From: Marsupella aquatica | Taxonomy: Eukaryota; Plantae; Marchantiophyta | Length of the DNA stretch: 64,000 nucleotides | Assembly (NCBI GenBank): GCA_973895155.1 | Contig: OZ316897.1 | Span: 4,853,976 to 4,917,975, forward strand | Direction: 5' to 3' | In this document: positions 49,707-61,200 of the stretch, in pieces | How the letters are laid out: every line of letters begins with the position of its first letter | Numbering within the stretch: the first letter of the stretch is position 1 | Position numbers and translations under genes: made by a program | The notes under the pieces: generated by a model | Told to the model about the DNA's origin: nothing | The model's input: the letters and a program-made list of their open reading frames with translations, nothing else | Databases searched by the model: none

Positions 49707-51321
49707 AGGGTGAAAATCAGTTTTGATATCATTTTTGTTAGCTCGAGGTGGGATAGACACCCGGGGGGTGTGGTAGTGGGCGTGTGGGGGGGAGGGCAGG
49801 GGGACGGTAGCGAGGCTGCAGTGTAATGTACAATAATCATTTGAAGGCAAAGATGAATTGTTGATACCGAGGGCAGGTGCTTTGGCAGAGATAAAACTGC
49901 CTCCAAAGTTCTAAATTCTAAATGTGGTCTCAAAGAATTCAAAAACAAGATTTCATTCTTCAGTATTCAGCATTCAAAATTCAGCAACCTTAACCGGAGT
50001 AGTGGAGACAGCCATGCCTTGGTTACTGTTTTGCTCACCGTGTATCTACGCAACCGCTGGGCATCTTCCATTCTTGGCACGGGAGCGACAAGCTCCAACT
50101 ACGGTATCCATACCTGTCTGCCTTGACCCGAGGAAACAACAAGAAATTCCAGCACCTGGAATCCATATTTGTCTGCCATGACACGGGGAGAGAACAACAA
50201 GCTCCAGCATCTACGTTAATAGGGGGAGAACGCGACAAGGTCCGGCGGCGAGCTAGACAATCTAGCTCTTGCGATTCAGCTGAGTGTAGAGCACAACTGT
50301 AAAGTCACTCATCCACAGCTGGATCAATCTGTCATGTAAAACATTATGGCAGAGTTGTCTGTGACTCTCTTGTCATGTAAACATTATGGTAGAGTTTCAG
50401 AAATCCAATTGTACTTGGGCTGGATCAATCGAGGCATCCTATTGACTCTGTTGAAACTCTGCCATGATATTTTACATGACAAGAGAGTTTTAAAAATCAA
50501 GATGCAAACTACAAGTTCCCAAATGGGTGGGCCTGAAGGGTTTTCTCCCTATATTGTGTCTACTGTTTTTTCTAGAAAACAAGAACTCGAAGATTGCAAG
50601 GCAAATAAGAAGATCGTTGACATGAGGGAACCTTCTCCCCTCTGCTTATCCCCATCAATGTCCAGTTGGGCCCAGAATTCGGTATCCGGTTCTTAAAGAT
50701 CAGATCTAATTCTGGCCTGCAGCTGTGCATGACAGAACCTTGTATTTGGAATTATTGTGTTCAATCAAATTTTGATTTAGACCCTGTTGTTAACCTATCA
50801 ATGATTTGAACTACCATATCTCAAAAGTCAATGTCTTAACACTTTTCTAACACCGGTTCCTACTCTCTGTCAAGCTGCTCCCTCTGTTCTTGTCAATTGG
50901 GCATGATGTGATTCAAGGGTTCCCTGTGTCGTGCTACAAGCATCCTATTCTAGTCATAAGTACTTATTTCTACTTGTCTCTAGCTACTTTGTATTCTATT
51001 CTGGTCTGCCGTACTCCGGCCAATTTTGTCAAATCAGTGTGTCCTAGCTATGGACTAACACCATCGTCCGAACAGATTGCAAGGTCAGACACAAACCAAC
51101 CTCCTGCAAGGCTCAAGGACGTGAAACAATCCAAGCCCTTATCTAGGTTTGCAAAGGAAGAAATTCACCCACTAAAGGACATTTGGAGCACAACATTCGC
51201 AAACATGACAGAGGAAATTGATCTAGCAGATTGAGGGAAGAAGTCATCCCACTACAGGACATTTGGAACACAACATTCACAACATGACCGAGGAACTTGA
51301 CCCAATAGATCAAATGTAATG

Positions 51322-53974
51322 TCAAATTACATAGTCTAATTCTTCAATTCTCGGAATGACTATATCTAGCCGCATCAAAGGTCTGTCCCTATCTGGAATC
51401 GATGCCCCTGCTTGTACACACAATTCCACCAAAGCTGGAGCCTGTCCATAGAATCGTTTCAAGGCTTGCTGCAATGGAGGTCCACCTCTGTCTCGTACAT
51501 GCCATACATACTGAGGTAGGATCAGGTGATCTACGGAAGCAGTTTGCCACCCGTGTTGACCGTTTCGCCACTGATGTTTGAATGCCCCACAAAGCTGTGC
51601 TTTATGCCCTCTTGGTCCAACATGAACCTCTGAGCAATATCTGGTGATGCACAGAAAACAACAACTTTATGAGCTAGAAGCACAAGTCTTCAAGTGGGAA
51701 TTACACTTCTAAACTTCTGTTTTAGGTGTAGTGAATAAATTCAGAGCATCCAACATTCGGCAGATAAAAACCTCCAAGTAAGCAGCTGTAAGGACAAGTT
51801 CTCCTATGCTCCAATTCTCAAAAATCCGAAGAGCATCACAATCACAGGCAGGTGATCTTTGCTTTGACAAAACCAGTTCTCAACGCTTCGTTGGACTTGA
51901 GCTCGCAGGCTGAAGGTAAACTTTTGCATCCTCAGAAGCTTACCCACAAACAAGCACTCGATACTTAGTCTTCAACTTCCTAGCTCCTGCTCGCATTCTT
52001 TCCCAAGCTTGTACGGTTTTCTCGGCAACAGTCTGCAGGTCATCCTCGCTGGTAAAATCAGCTAGGGGTATTCTCTCTTCATTACTGGAATTCGTATTAC
52101 CAGACTCTTCGAGAGATTCTCCACTAACAATACGATCTTCACCTACTACATTATCAGATTCTTGATATCCTGTCAGTGCATCAACCTGGCCATCCACAAC
52201 ATCATCTTCCCCTGTTGTGCTTGTCTCAAGTTGTTTCACAAACTCTTGTCCCGTCCACCCCCCTTCTATTTTTCTTACTCGAGACTGAATTGATTCAGAA
52301 TATCTCCTGGTTGGATATTGCGGAAAGTCTGCACCCGCTTGGACACAAAGTTCCTCCAGAGCTGGTATTCTATCAAAATGAAATCGCTGATCATGCACAA
52401 TGGGCGGGGCCAGCCGATCTTCAAGGTGATAGGCTTCAATTGGGACAAGGACGTCATTAATAGTCGCCTTGGTCCAATCATGTAGAGAGTGTCGTCGATC
52501 GTTTTGAAAACCTCGACATGTCTGCAAGGTATGTCCAATCGAGCCCACATGCACCTCTGTGCAAAATCTGCAGCACGATCCATTAGCATGGAGCTAGTTA
52601 ATGCTCGGGTGACGTAACACCAACTTGCTCCATAACTCCACTTTGCGAACTAGGTCCAATTTGCCCATGGACAGAGATAATTCAAGATGACAGAGTCTTT
52701 AATTAAGCCACTGAGGATACTATTTCTAAAGAATTAGGAATACTACTCTTCAAAGTTTTAAAAGTGACGTGCACCCTCTGATTGTTTCTCCTTTTCCTCT
52801 CATAGCAGCAATGCTGTTAAATCACCAGTTCTCTTCAAGATAAGAGCCAAGTCAAGTGCTATGAGTGCTAATGACGAGACCGTGACCCGTAGAAGCTATC
52901 CGAACAAGTGGGTCATGTAACAAACGGCCCTCCTGTTGATACGCGGCTGAGACGAATAAAAAAATTAGAAGACGGATTGCGTGTCATCTTGAAGAATTAC
53001 ACGGAGGATCAGAAATCCGTTTAGAACATAGGATTCAACGCGCAAGGACTGATGAGAAGCAAAGCAACGAGAACTGGTCGTCGAGGTAGTGAATTATTAT
53101 CGAATTAGAAGTCTTACCTGCACGCCCACACAGGGATTGCCTTCAAGAGGAGATCGACTCCCTTGGTGACAATAGATTTTGCTTCCAGCACATCATATGC
53201 TACAGGTATTAAACGTTTGACAAGCAAACCATTTGCTGGTTCTCTAAGAGTAGGTTCCTGCGGCCTCGTCGTGTACTTTTTCTTGGTGACTTGCTTGGCA
53301 TTGGCCCTCGGTTTCTTCTTCTGCTTTGGAAGCACCAGAGGCAGATCGACGTTCTGTGGAACTTGGGTGGCTGCTGTAACAAGAACGGGGAGAGAGTTGG
53401 ATTGCATTTGTGTCCTGCTTCGTTGATTGAACCATACTTCCTAGAGATAACAGAAAAATTCGACATCAGGAATGACCAAGAGGACAATAGATGAATTCTC
53501 AGATTGCATGGAGACTAATGTAACCCTAAAGCCTTAAATAGCCAACCTAGCGACAGCTGGTAGAGACCCTCACGGATAGCATCTGAAATGAAGCAACTAG
53601 ACCCATGAGAATTTGAGTGAGGCGGAGCACAAGTGTCATGCATATAAATGAACCGAAAAACGTGTGGTCAAATTTTCGACATCAGCTCTTCCAGCCTCGA
53701 AAAACCAAGTACACCCGTCTTCTTATCTCGCCTACAAGATGGTCCTCTTTGCATCAATTGAGCATCCCTTATTGGTATACCTATCTCATTCCTTTCATGG
53801 GGCCATTTGGATCTGCTCAAGCATATATAACAGCTCGGCACAGCTCACCTTAGCATCTCGTTTCCACACGAAGCTGCTCATCCACCCGAGCTGCACCTTT
53901 ACAAGATGTGGTCTGCATTTGACGTTGTCTGCAACCAAAACACCTCCACACAGATGGCTACCGCACGTAGCCAT
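51322..53974 (-). CDS. APO1: APO (accumulation of photosystem one) family RNA-binding protein, closest in motif to APO1
   Basis: Exons ~53974-53849, 53440-53118, 52568-51944, 51640-51322. PQNVDLPLVLPKQKKKP and NGLLVKRLIPVA precede two APO Zn motifs: CRFCTEVHVGSIGH...HDW...ALEELCVQAG and CGYCSEVHVGPRGHKAQLC...HGW...ALVELCVQAG. The first exon is less certain. Confidence 0.85.
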
Positions 53975-54587
53975 GACGCAAATTGTAATTCTTCTGAGAT
54001 ACTCTCGCAGCCCAACAGATCTTGCAGTCTAATGTTGATGGTAGTCACGATTTTCTCCACGGTTGTTCCCTTCCATCAGCCCTACCATGACCAGCATTCC
54101 CGAGCGAAGTGAGACTCTTATGGTAAAAAATTCGTGCCTGTCCGCAGGGAGTTGTCGGGTTACAGGGGTAGGGATCTGACCGCACAGTCAGGCTCCTCCG
54201 TTCCTGGCTTTTCCTTGATTAAATTCACTGTCTCAGAAGCTCACAGGAGCGGGCCAGCCTTTGACACAAACTCTTTGCGTCAGCTCGCAGTGAGGCTTAC
54301 GACAAGCGGTGCATCCTCCGCTTCCAGTATTTGTTTATGCTGTCCGCGGAGATTCCGCATCCCCGAGCGAAACGTGCAGCATGGTTTTATCATTGGAGTG
54401 GTACAGTCGCGTCTAAGCTGGACGAAGTGCTGGTTTATCCAATCCAACGAGCTCGCATTCTCCTTGTACTGTCGTATCGTAATTCTTCCAACACGTATCG
54501 ATTTCATGTTGTTAAGATTTGCAAACAAGGTGGTCTTCGGTTGTGCAGTCAAGTGGCACTGATGATATTTGCTTCTCAATTTTAGCT

Positions 54588-55091
54588 ATGGATCACCTGG
54601 AACCCTTAGTAGAAACCAAGGGAGAGGACCTGGATCAACTGGAACCCTTAGTAGAAACCAAGGGAGAGGACCTGGTACAGACCCAACTATTCAGGCAATA
54701 CTTCATTGATGTTCCCAATCCCCTTCTCATGCCCTTAGTCATCCAGATTGCACATGACTATGGTGACAAGGTGAAAGAATGCCTCTCTGCCCTCAAGCTT
54801 ATCCTTGCTGAACTGAAGAAATTCTATGACCTTTCTGATGAGGAGCAGACTCAATTTGCAGAGAAGGCCACTGTTCCATCTCCACAGGTGACACCAGCAG
54901 AAGGATGGGCTGACTCTCCTGATCCTGATATCACTTCTACCACAGTTACACCCAATTTTCCACCCATTCCGACCTCACCATTTACTACTACCTTTGGAGG
55001 TATCACTTTCATGCCAAACCCTCTCAACTCCATTGATCCAGCAGTAGACTCCTCGTCGGTGAAGCCTGACACTTCAACTCCTGAAGAGTAA
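54588..55091 (+). CDS. 167-aa orphan ORF in the putative LTR U3 region
   Basis: Open from ATG 54588 to TAA 55091. It contains an in-frame 42-bp duplication (LEPLVETKGEDL x2), a helical middle and a P/T/S-rich tail, and lies ~80 bp upstream of a CCCTATAAAA TATA-like site. Confidence 0.45.
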   Translation: MDHLEPLVETKGEDLDQLEPLVETKGEDLVQTQLFRQYFIDVPNPLLMPLVIQIAHDYGDKVKECLSALKLILAELKKFYDLSDEEQTQFAEKATVPSPQVTPAEGWADSPDPDITSTTVTPNFPPIPTSPFTTTFGGITFMPNPLNSIDPAVDSSSVKPDTSTPEE

Positions 55092-56190
55092 AAAGTTATT
55101 CCATCCAGAAGTTGAACGAGCTTCCCATCCGGTTTCCCACCCGGTTTTTGATCTGGTTTCGTGTTTAAAGCCCTATAAAACTTAGTATAGGAAGAATTAG
55201 ACTTTGAATTTTTGCTGAGCACTTTATCTCATAGTCTAGTTTCAGACTTTAGCATTACTTTTTACTTTTACACTTAGGTTAGGAATTGAAGAGGCATACC
55301 TCTTCAACTTTTGTTTAGAGGAGACTTGTCCCTAAGTATAAGAGGGAAAGTTTCCACCATTTTACTCAGACTTGCATTTCACTTTTGAAAGTCTCCTTCT
55401 TTGAAGAGAAATAATAGATTCATAATTTTGGTGATCTATGCTTTGTGTTTGGACATTAGTGTGTGACCATTCTTGCTAGAAAATCTATGGAAAGTGACTA
55501 GCAATGTCATAGTTAACCTTTAGGTTGACTGGAAATGCATGCCTGAGACCATGCAAAGGTCTAAAGATTCATGTTGACTATGGAATACTTATGGCTTATT
55601 AAGTATTAGTGGAAGAAGCACCATACGAGAACTCACAAATTGCGTAGTCCTAAAAGAGCAATCTGAAGGATTGAATAGAAGAATAAGTTAGTTTGGAGTA
55701 ATCAGTACCACCTTTGCCTTGACATAGGTCAGAAAGTTAATACGGGCTATCTTATATGCATCTTTTATAAATTCTTAGATGGTTGGCTTTAAAGATAAGC
55801 TTTAGGCATCAGCCTAATTTAGTCAGACTCTTTGTTGACTCTTAATCGTGCCTAACTTAGTCATAGATTGCTAAGTGGTGAGAGGAGATGAGACATTTAA
55901 GGCTCGCCTAATCCTATCTTTACGCCTCTGGCTTTTGCTTGTTTTCTTATATTTTTAGAATTGATTATTGCACTGTTGATGATGCAAACATCACAATACC
56001 TGAGGATGTATTAAAAACTCCTTCCACCTGACCTAAGCATGTCGGTAAAGGCTTAAAATCTGAGATAGGTTAGCTTAACTATCTCAAAGTATATTAATAT
56101 AATCTTTTAGGTCTCACAAGCTCTTAACGGGAACGAATTCTGGTTGTTTAAGAGGAAAGTAGTTCGTATTTCCTTAAACCCTACTCTACA

Positions 56191-56211
56191 TTTTTGCGCC
56201 GCTGCCGGGGA
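56191..56211 (+). other. Primer-binding site, tRNA-Asp (Athila-type)
   Basis: TTTTTGCGCCGCTGCCGGGGA directly after a CA dinucleotide. The Athila consensus is TTTGGCGCCGTTGCCGGGGA. Confidence 0.8.
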
Positions 56212-56781
56212 GCAACTTGAGACCGAGAGATTGGAGAAGAAAAGGACATTAATGCCAGACAAAGGAGAATGGATTTGACGGGGGAGAGAAGCCACCCCCA
56301 AGGATGTTCTCGTGGGGGAAGTTATCTCCCTAACTTAAGACTTCTTTGATACTAGGAAGAAAGGCAAAGGGTGCCAAGGAGAGAGAATTTATTCTGATTG
56401 GAGGAAATGGGATCCACAACTCTTCACTTTACAAGCTTACCCATAAGATTTATGAAACATTTATGGGAGAAGGATCCTAGGAGTTGTGAATCAACATTTT
56501 GAAGATTTAGAAGATTGCAAAATTGCTGATCATGGAGATGCCTACCTTTGGGCAAGACTTCTCATTCCAGACTATAACATTTTCATTGGACAATGCTCCG
56601 GGATTGATATTACCAATCATTGAGGAAAATTTGGGAGAGGGGACAGTCATTGGCGAAACATTGTCAAGAGGCAGACTTAGAAGTATAATGAGAATGAGGG
56701 ATTATAGACTCCAAAAGGAATCTAGGAAGAATGGAGCGTGAAATAAGAGACAACTGAGCCTAAAGGATTGGTGTTTCACAA

Positions 56782-57672
56782 ATGGTAAGGCGGCACAGAC
56801 CAGGAAAGAGAGAACGAGCCCAAATCAGGTCTAGGGAAAATCAGATCTACACTATTAAGTGTAATTGTGCACAAGGTCGCTCCACAATACTGAAGAGAAG
56901 ACAAGAGGATGGTTTGGGAGAAAGCTATTATTGGGGTAAAGATTTAGTCCCTCTCAAATCCTGGACCACTAATGTTCTATTTGATAAGATCTTTGTCTTC
57001 AAGCGAGCTGTTGATGGGCTCCTAGAATTGGTAACGGCCACAGCAGACCACGAATTTGACCAGATTATCATTCCGGAATTTATAATTGCTAACCAATTGG
57101 AGGAAGAAACTTTAGAGGCAGATGCACAAGGAGAATTGATATCAGCATTGGGACATTTAAGTGAAAATCCAAATTGGGGGATTGAACTTGAACATGTATT
57201 GAAGTATTATTATGAGAATTCAAATCATCTGCTAGGAAAGGAGAAGTCGGTGATGACCTTGGCTCGATATCGTTTAATAGATCAATTAAGAGATCCTTAC
57301 AATGAGAGTTGGGAGGTGATAAGAAGGGAGCGTCCTATCAATGGCCAAACTTCATTCAAATGGACAACAGATCTACCTCCGATAGCAAGGTTGGTTAATG
57401 TCCTAGTGCTAAAAAGGAAGTGGATGGAAGGAGTAAGGTTGCAGCCAATGGAAGAGGAATATGATTTAGACTTCTTCTTAAAGAAACACAAGATTCCAAT
57501 TGCACGTGTTACACCCGAGGAAGAACAGAAGTATGAGGAGGTTCTGAACAATTTACATTTGGTAGAAATACCATGGACAGATTCAGTTGATTGTTTGGAA
57601 AATTTGTTGAATAGATACCAAGACATTGTTCAGTTAAGACTCCCTTATAATGAGGATGACGAGGAAGAGTGA
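56782..57672 (+). CDS. 296-aa accessory ORF of unknown function between PBS and gag
   Basis: Intact ATG-to-TGA ORF with globular-looking composition, a basic N-terminus (RRHRPGKRER) and an acidic C-terminus (NEDDEEE). I recognise no family. Confidence 0.65.
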   Translation: MVRRHRPGKRERAQIRSRENQIYTIKCNCAQGRSTILKRRQEDGLGESYYWGKDLVPLKSWTTNVLFDKIFVFKRAVDGLLELVTATADHEFDQIIIPEFIIANQLEEETLEADAQGELISALGHLSENPNWGIELEHVLKYYYENSNHLLGKEKSVMTLARYRLIDQLRDPYNESWEVIRRERPINGQTSFKWTTDLPPIARLVNVLVLKRKWMEGVRLQPMEEEYDLDFFLKKHKIPIARVTPEEEQKYEEVLNNLHLVEIPWTDSVDCLENLLNRYQDIVQLRLPYNEDDEEE

Positions 57673-57755
57673 GATGATTAAAATAAGAAGGGAATCTGAT
57701 CAAAACTCACCAAGCAACTCAATCCTGACCGAGCTTTGCAGAAGCTTATTAAAAC

Positions 57756-57998
57756 ATGCCACCACGAAGGAGTTTGGGTTCCTTTAGAGCGCAAAACTTA
57801 AGGAATGCTTCAAATTGCATTAGGACACTAATCCGACGAGGTAGACGGGGAGTACACACGCCATCCATTACCTGGTGGGAAGCAGCAGATTTACATTTAG
57901 TAATTTTAACAATAAATGGACAGATTACAGGGGAACATTATGCGATTATTTCCATCCCTGAATTAGCTAGGGTGATAGCCAGGCAAGGGAGAAGGTGA
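57756..57998 (+). CDS. 80-aa Arg-rich accessory ORF
   Basis: ATG-initiated, same strand, 83 bp after the 296-aa ORF. It is short, so it could be spurious. Confidence 0.35.
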   Translation: MPPRRSLGSFRAQNLRNASNCIRTLIRRGRRGVHTPSITWWEAADLHLVILTINGQITGEHYAIISIPELARVIARQGRR

Positions 57999-58247
57999 CG
58001 GAAGAAATCCGGCTCAGGAACCAGATCAGCCACCGGCTCAGAAACCGGAGGCTGTAGAGGTTTTTGGACAACCCCACCTGACCGTTATGACTCTTCATCC
58101 ACATGACTCTTGAGTCAACCAACGTGACCATAGACAGGATGGGTCATGACTGTTCACCTAGGAAGAGGGGGGTGACCAAAGCCGCATACTAGGGGTTACA
58201 TTGGAAAACAAAACACCAAAGGGAGTAAGTATCTAACACCATGAGGA

Positions 58248-61200
58248 ATGACTGATAGGAATAAACACATTTGGAAGAAGAGGGAAGGGTTACCGGACAA
58301 ACCATCAGACTCTCCAGAATTGCTTAACGAATTCCACTCACCAGAATTTCCAGCACCGGGGAATGTCACAAGTCGGGTGTCACTCTTACAACAACAAAAA
58401 GGAAGTGGCACACTAGAGAAGCCATCTGCTAGTAGACCATTGTTTGTTAACTTGCGCTCGGGACCTAAAGAGATAGTCCCCAGGAAACCAAGGAAGCCGC
58501 AAGGTAATGCACTAAGGAGATCCACCAGCCTAGACGGAGATATATCCCTAGGGTCACCAGGATTTACGGCTTACGGCATCTCTAATGTGAAGAAGGACGT
58601 GGGACACAACACAACTTCGACCAGTGCTGACTCAGGGGGTTTGGAACCTGTGGATCATGACCAAGCTAAAGGCCACAACTCTGAAATATTAAGAGAAGAC
58701 CAAACAGTATCACCTCGTCTCTCTAATACGAGCCAACGGGACCCTCTTTAGTAGGCTCTCTTGCACAGATCACACCTGAGGAATTCTTTGACTCACCTGA
58801 GCAATTGGTGGGCAAAGGTTTTGAGCGATCATAAGAGGAATTCACAAATCCCACTTCTGATTCAGGAGGATACACAAGTAGCCCAAGCACCTCAGGATTG
58901 GATAACTCCCCAAACCAAAACACGCAAGTGTCCCCTAACCTCTCAACTGGCACATCTGTATCACCTATCATAATATCTATCCCGCCACTTCTTCCATTTG
59001 CTTCAAGTAAAGTCACAACAACAGCAATCATGGCGAGTTGTTCACGAGTCCGTTATGAAAACTTTCGTGGCAAGAAAGCAGATGCTGAAGCATGGATGGA
59101 TGATTTTGAAGCCGTGGCGACATCCAATGGGGATGATACCCCTGATCTAAAGGCAAAAGTATTTGGAGGTTTAATGAAGGGAGAAGCCCGAACTTGGTAT
59201 TCGAGTTTGCCCGATAAGACAAATTGGCCAATTGTTCGAGCAGAGTTCCTCAAAACTTTCAGGGAAGAGGGAGCTACTTCTAGAGCTTTTACAAGATTAA
59301 GTTTTGTAAATATGAAGAAAGGCGATTCCTTAAGAACCTACTTACAAAAAGTCACCAAGCTGGCAAATAAAGTGACGCCACCTCCGCCTGCAAACTTAAT
59401 TAAGGAGTGGTTCATGCAAGGCTTGTATACAAAATTAAACACTTTTGTAAGACAAGGGGCTCCCGCAACCCTAGAGAGAGCATACGACTTAGCTCAGTCT
59501 TATATTGACTCTGAGATGTCACAAAGGAAACACTTGTTGAGAGAGTTACGGAAGGACAGTAAGTCAAAAAAGAAAAAGAGCAAGAAGAAATCTAAGAAGA
59601 AAAAGGCTGAATCCTCTACCTCAACAAGTGACACTTCCAGTTCAGAACAAGACAATTCCACATCTCAATCCAGTAGCGAGACCGACAGCTCATCAGATGA
59701 GGAATCTTCCCCAAAATTACAAGAAAGGGGAAAAAGGTTTCGCAACCTAAAAGTGCAGAATTGAATAAAATGTCGGGACAAATGGCTAGTCTCCTTGAAG
59801 AAATGAAGCACCTGAATGTTAATGCAGCTGCAACACGACCCCCAAGGAAACAATTGACACCTCAGAGGGCAAATGTATTGTGTACAGTATGCCGGAAACC
59901 AGGACACTACCCACAAGAGTGTCCCTTACTCAAATCAGTAAATTATTTGACCAATGGGGAGTACCCTAATTATGAAGAAGGAGAAGACCCATTATTGCAC
60001 CCATATTACCCTGAGGCTAGCTACCAAGTCCAAATGGGACCTCCAGCAATTGCAGGGCCAGCCCCTGTACAGTACTTTCCTAACCCTTCTCCAAGACCAG
60101 TTTCTAATTTTAATAAGCCAGTGTATAAACCGCCAATGGCACCACCTGGTGGTTACCCACCCAGGTCCCAATTGGTCAGAGGAGTATGTTGGAATTGTGG
60201 GGCAAAGGATCATTTCTCACCATCGTGCCCCTGGCCAAAAGAGATGTAGGATACAAACCAATTTGTGGAAATTGTGGAGGAAGTGGTCATCTTCCAATTG
60301 AATGTCCCCAACCAAAGAAACCGAAGATGATGGTTCGTTATGTCAAGGACCCAGTCAAGGAACCAGCACCGCCTGAACCATCAGTTTGCCTGGTCTATTA
60401 TGAAGAAGACGATGATGCACCTTGCGGCCTAGTGGACACCTATGAAGAAAATATTGTAGGGTGTGTAAGTGACATCCATAACCCAGTATTGTCAAGAGGA
60501 GGACCTGCTGGGATTACATATGATAAGGACCATTGACACTTATTAAAAGAAGGAGAACTAGGCCAACCTAATTTGAAGATCAGAGAGAGAGATCGGATAC
60601 TAAATGTCTTTGCTACGACTCGTTCCAAGCAGAAGGCAAAAGAGGCAGATCCAATCGTCAAACCGAAATCAACATCCAAATCAGCGGAAAAGTCAAATCC
60701 AAAACGAGGGAAGGAATTGATTGAAGAGGAAAATGTATATGATCGACACGATCCTAAGTATTTTCTCCCCGACATCTCTGACGAAGTTAAGGAAATCCTC
60801 GCGAAGGAAATGGGTAAGGTAAAAACTGTTACTCCCTTGGAACCAGGGAAAAAGGTAAGTTTCAAAGTTGATCCTCGCCATGTGCGTATTGATGGACGGA
60901 TGGATACTTATAATATAGTTGCAGATGTGAGTAATCTGAAAGCCAACATTACCTTTGGAGAATTGCTCAAGTCCAATGCCCATTTTAGAAAACAAATGAA
61001 GACATTGGTCACTTCGCGGAGGCGTCCATTTAAGTTACCAGAAGTGGGCGTTAATGGATGTTGGAAGGTGGAATCTACTGACCATGGCCCACCTGAAATA
61101 GAGATACAAATTTCAGGATGTGTGATCCCTAAGGTCCCTGTGGATGGAGGATCAAGTGTTAATATTATGACAGAACAGACCGCTGTTGATCTGGGATTTT

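Noticed and set aside
51170-51310. ~80-bp direct duplication in the APO 3' region (and a similar short one at 50330-50395)
   Set aside because: Ordinary local duplications with no further structure.
24480-53974. Functional gene cluster of plastid-related genes (CBS transporter, ISPD, APO, GME)
   Set aside because: They belong to different pathways and are interspersed with unrelated genes and repeats. Chance neighbourhood is sufficient.
58160-58175. Polypurine tract AGGAAGAGGGGGG followed by TG, suggesting an LTR start
   Set aside because: The following sequence runs into the gag leader and shows no similarity to the putative LTR.
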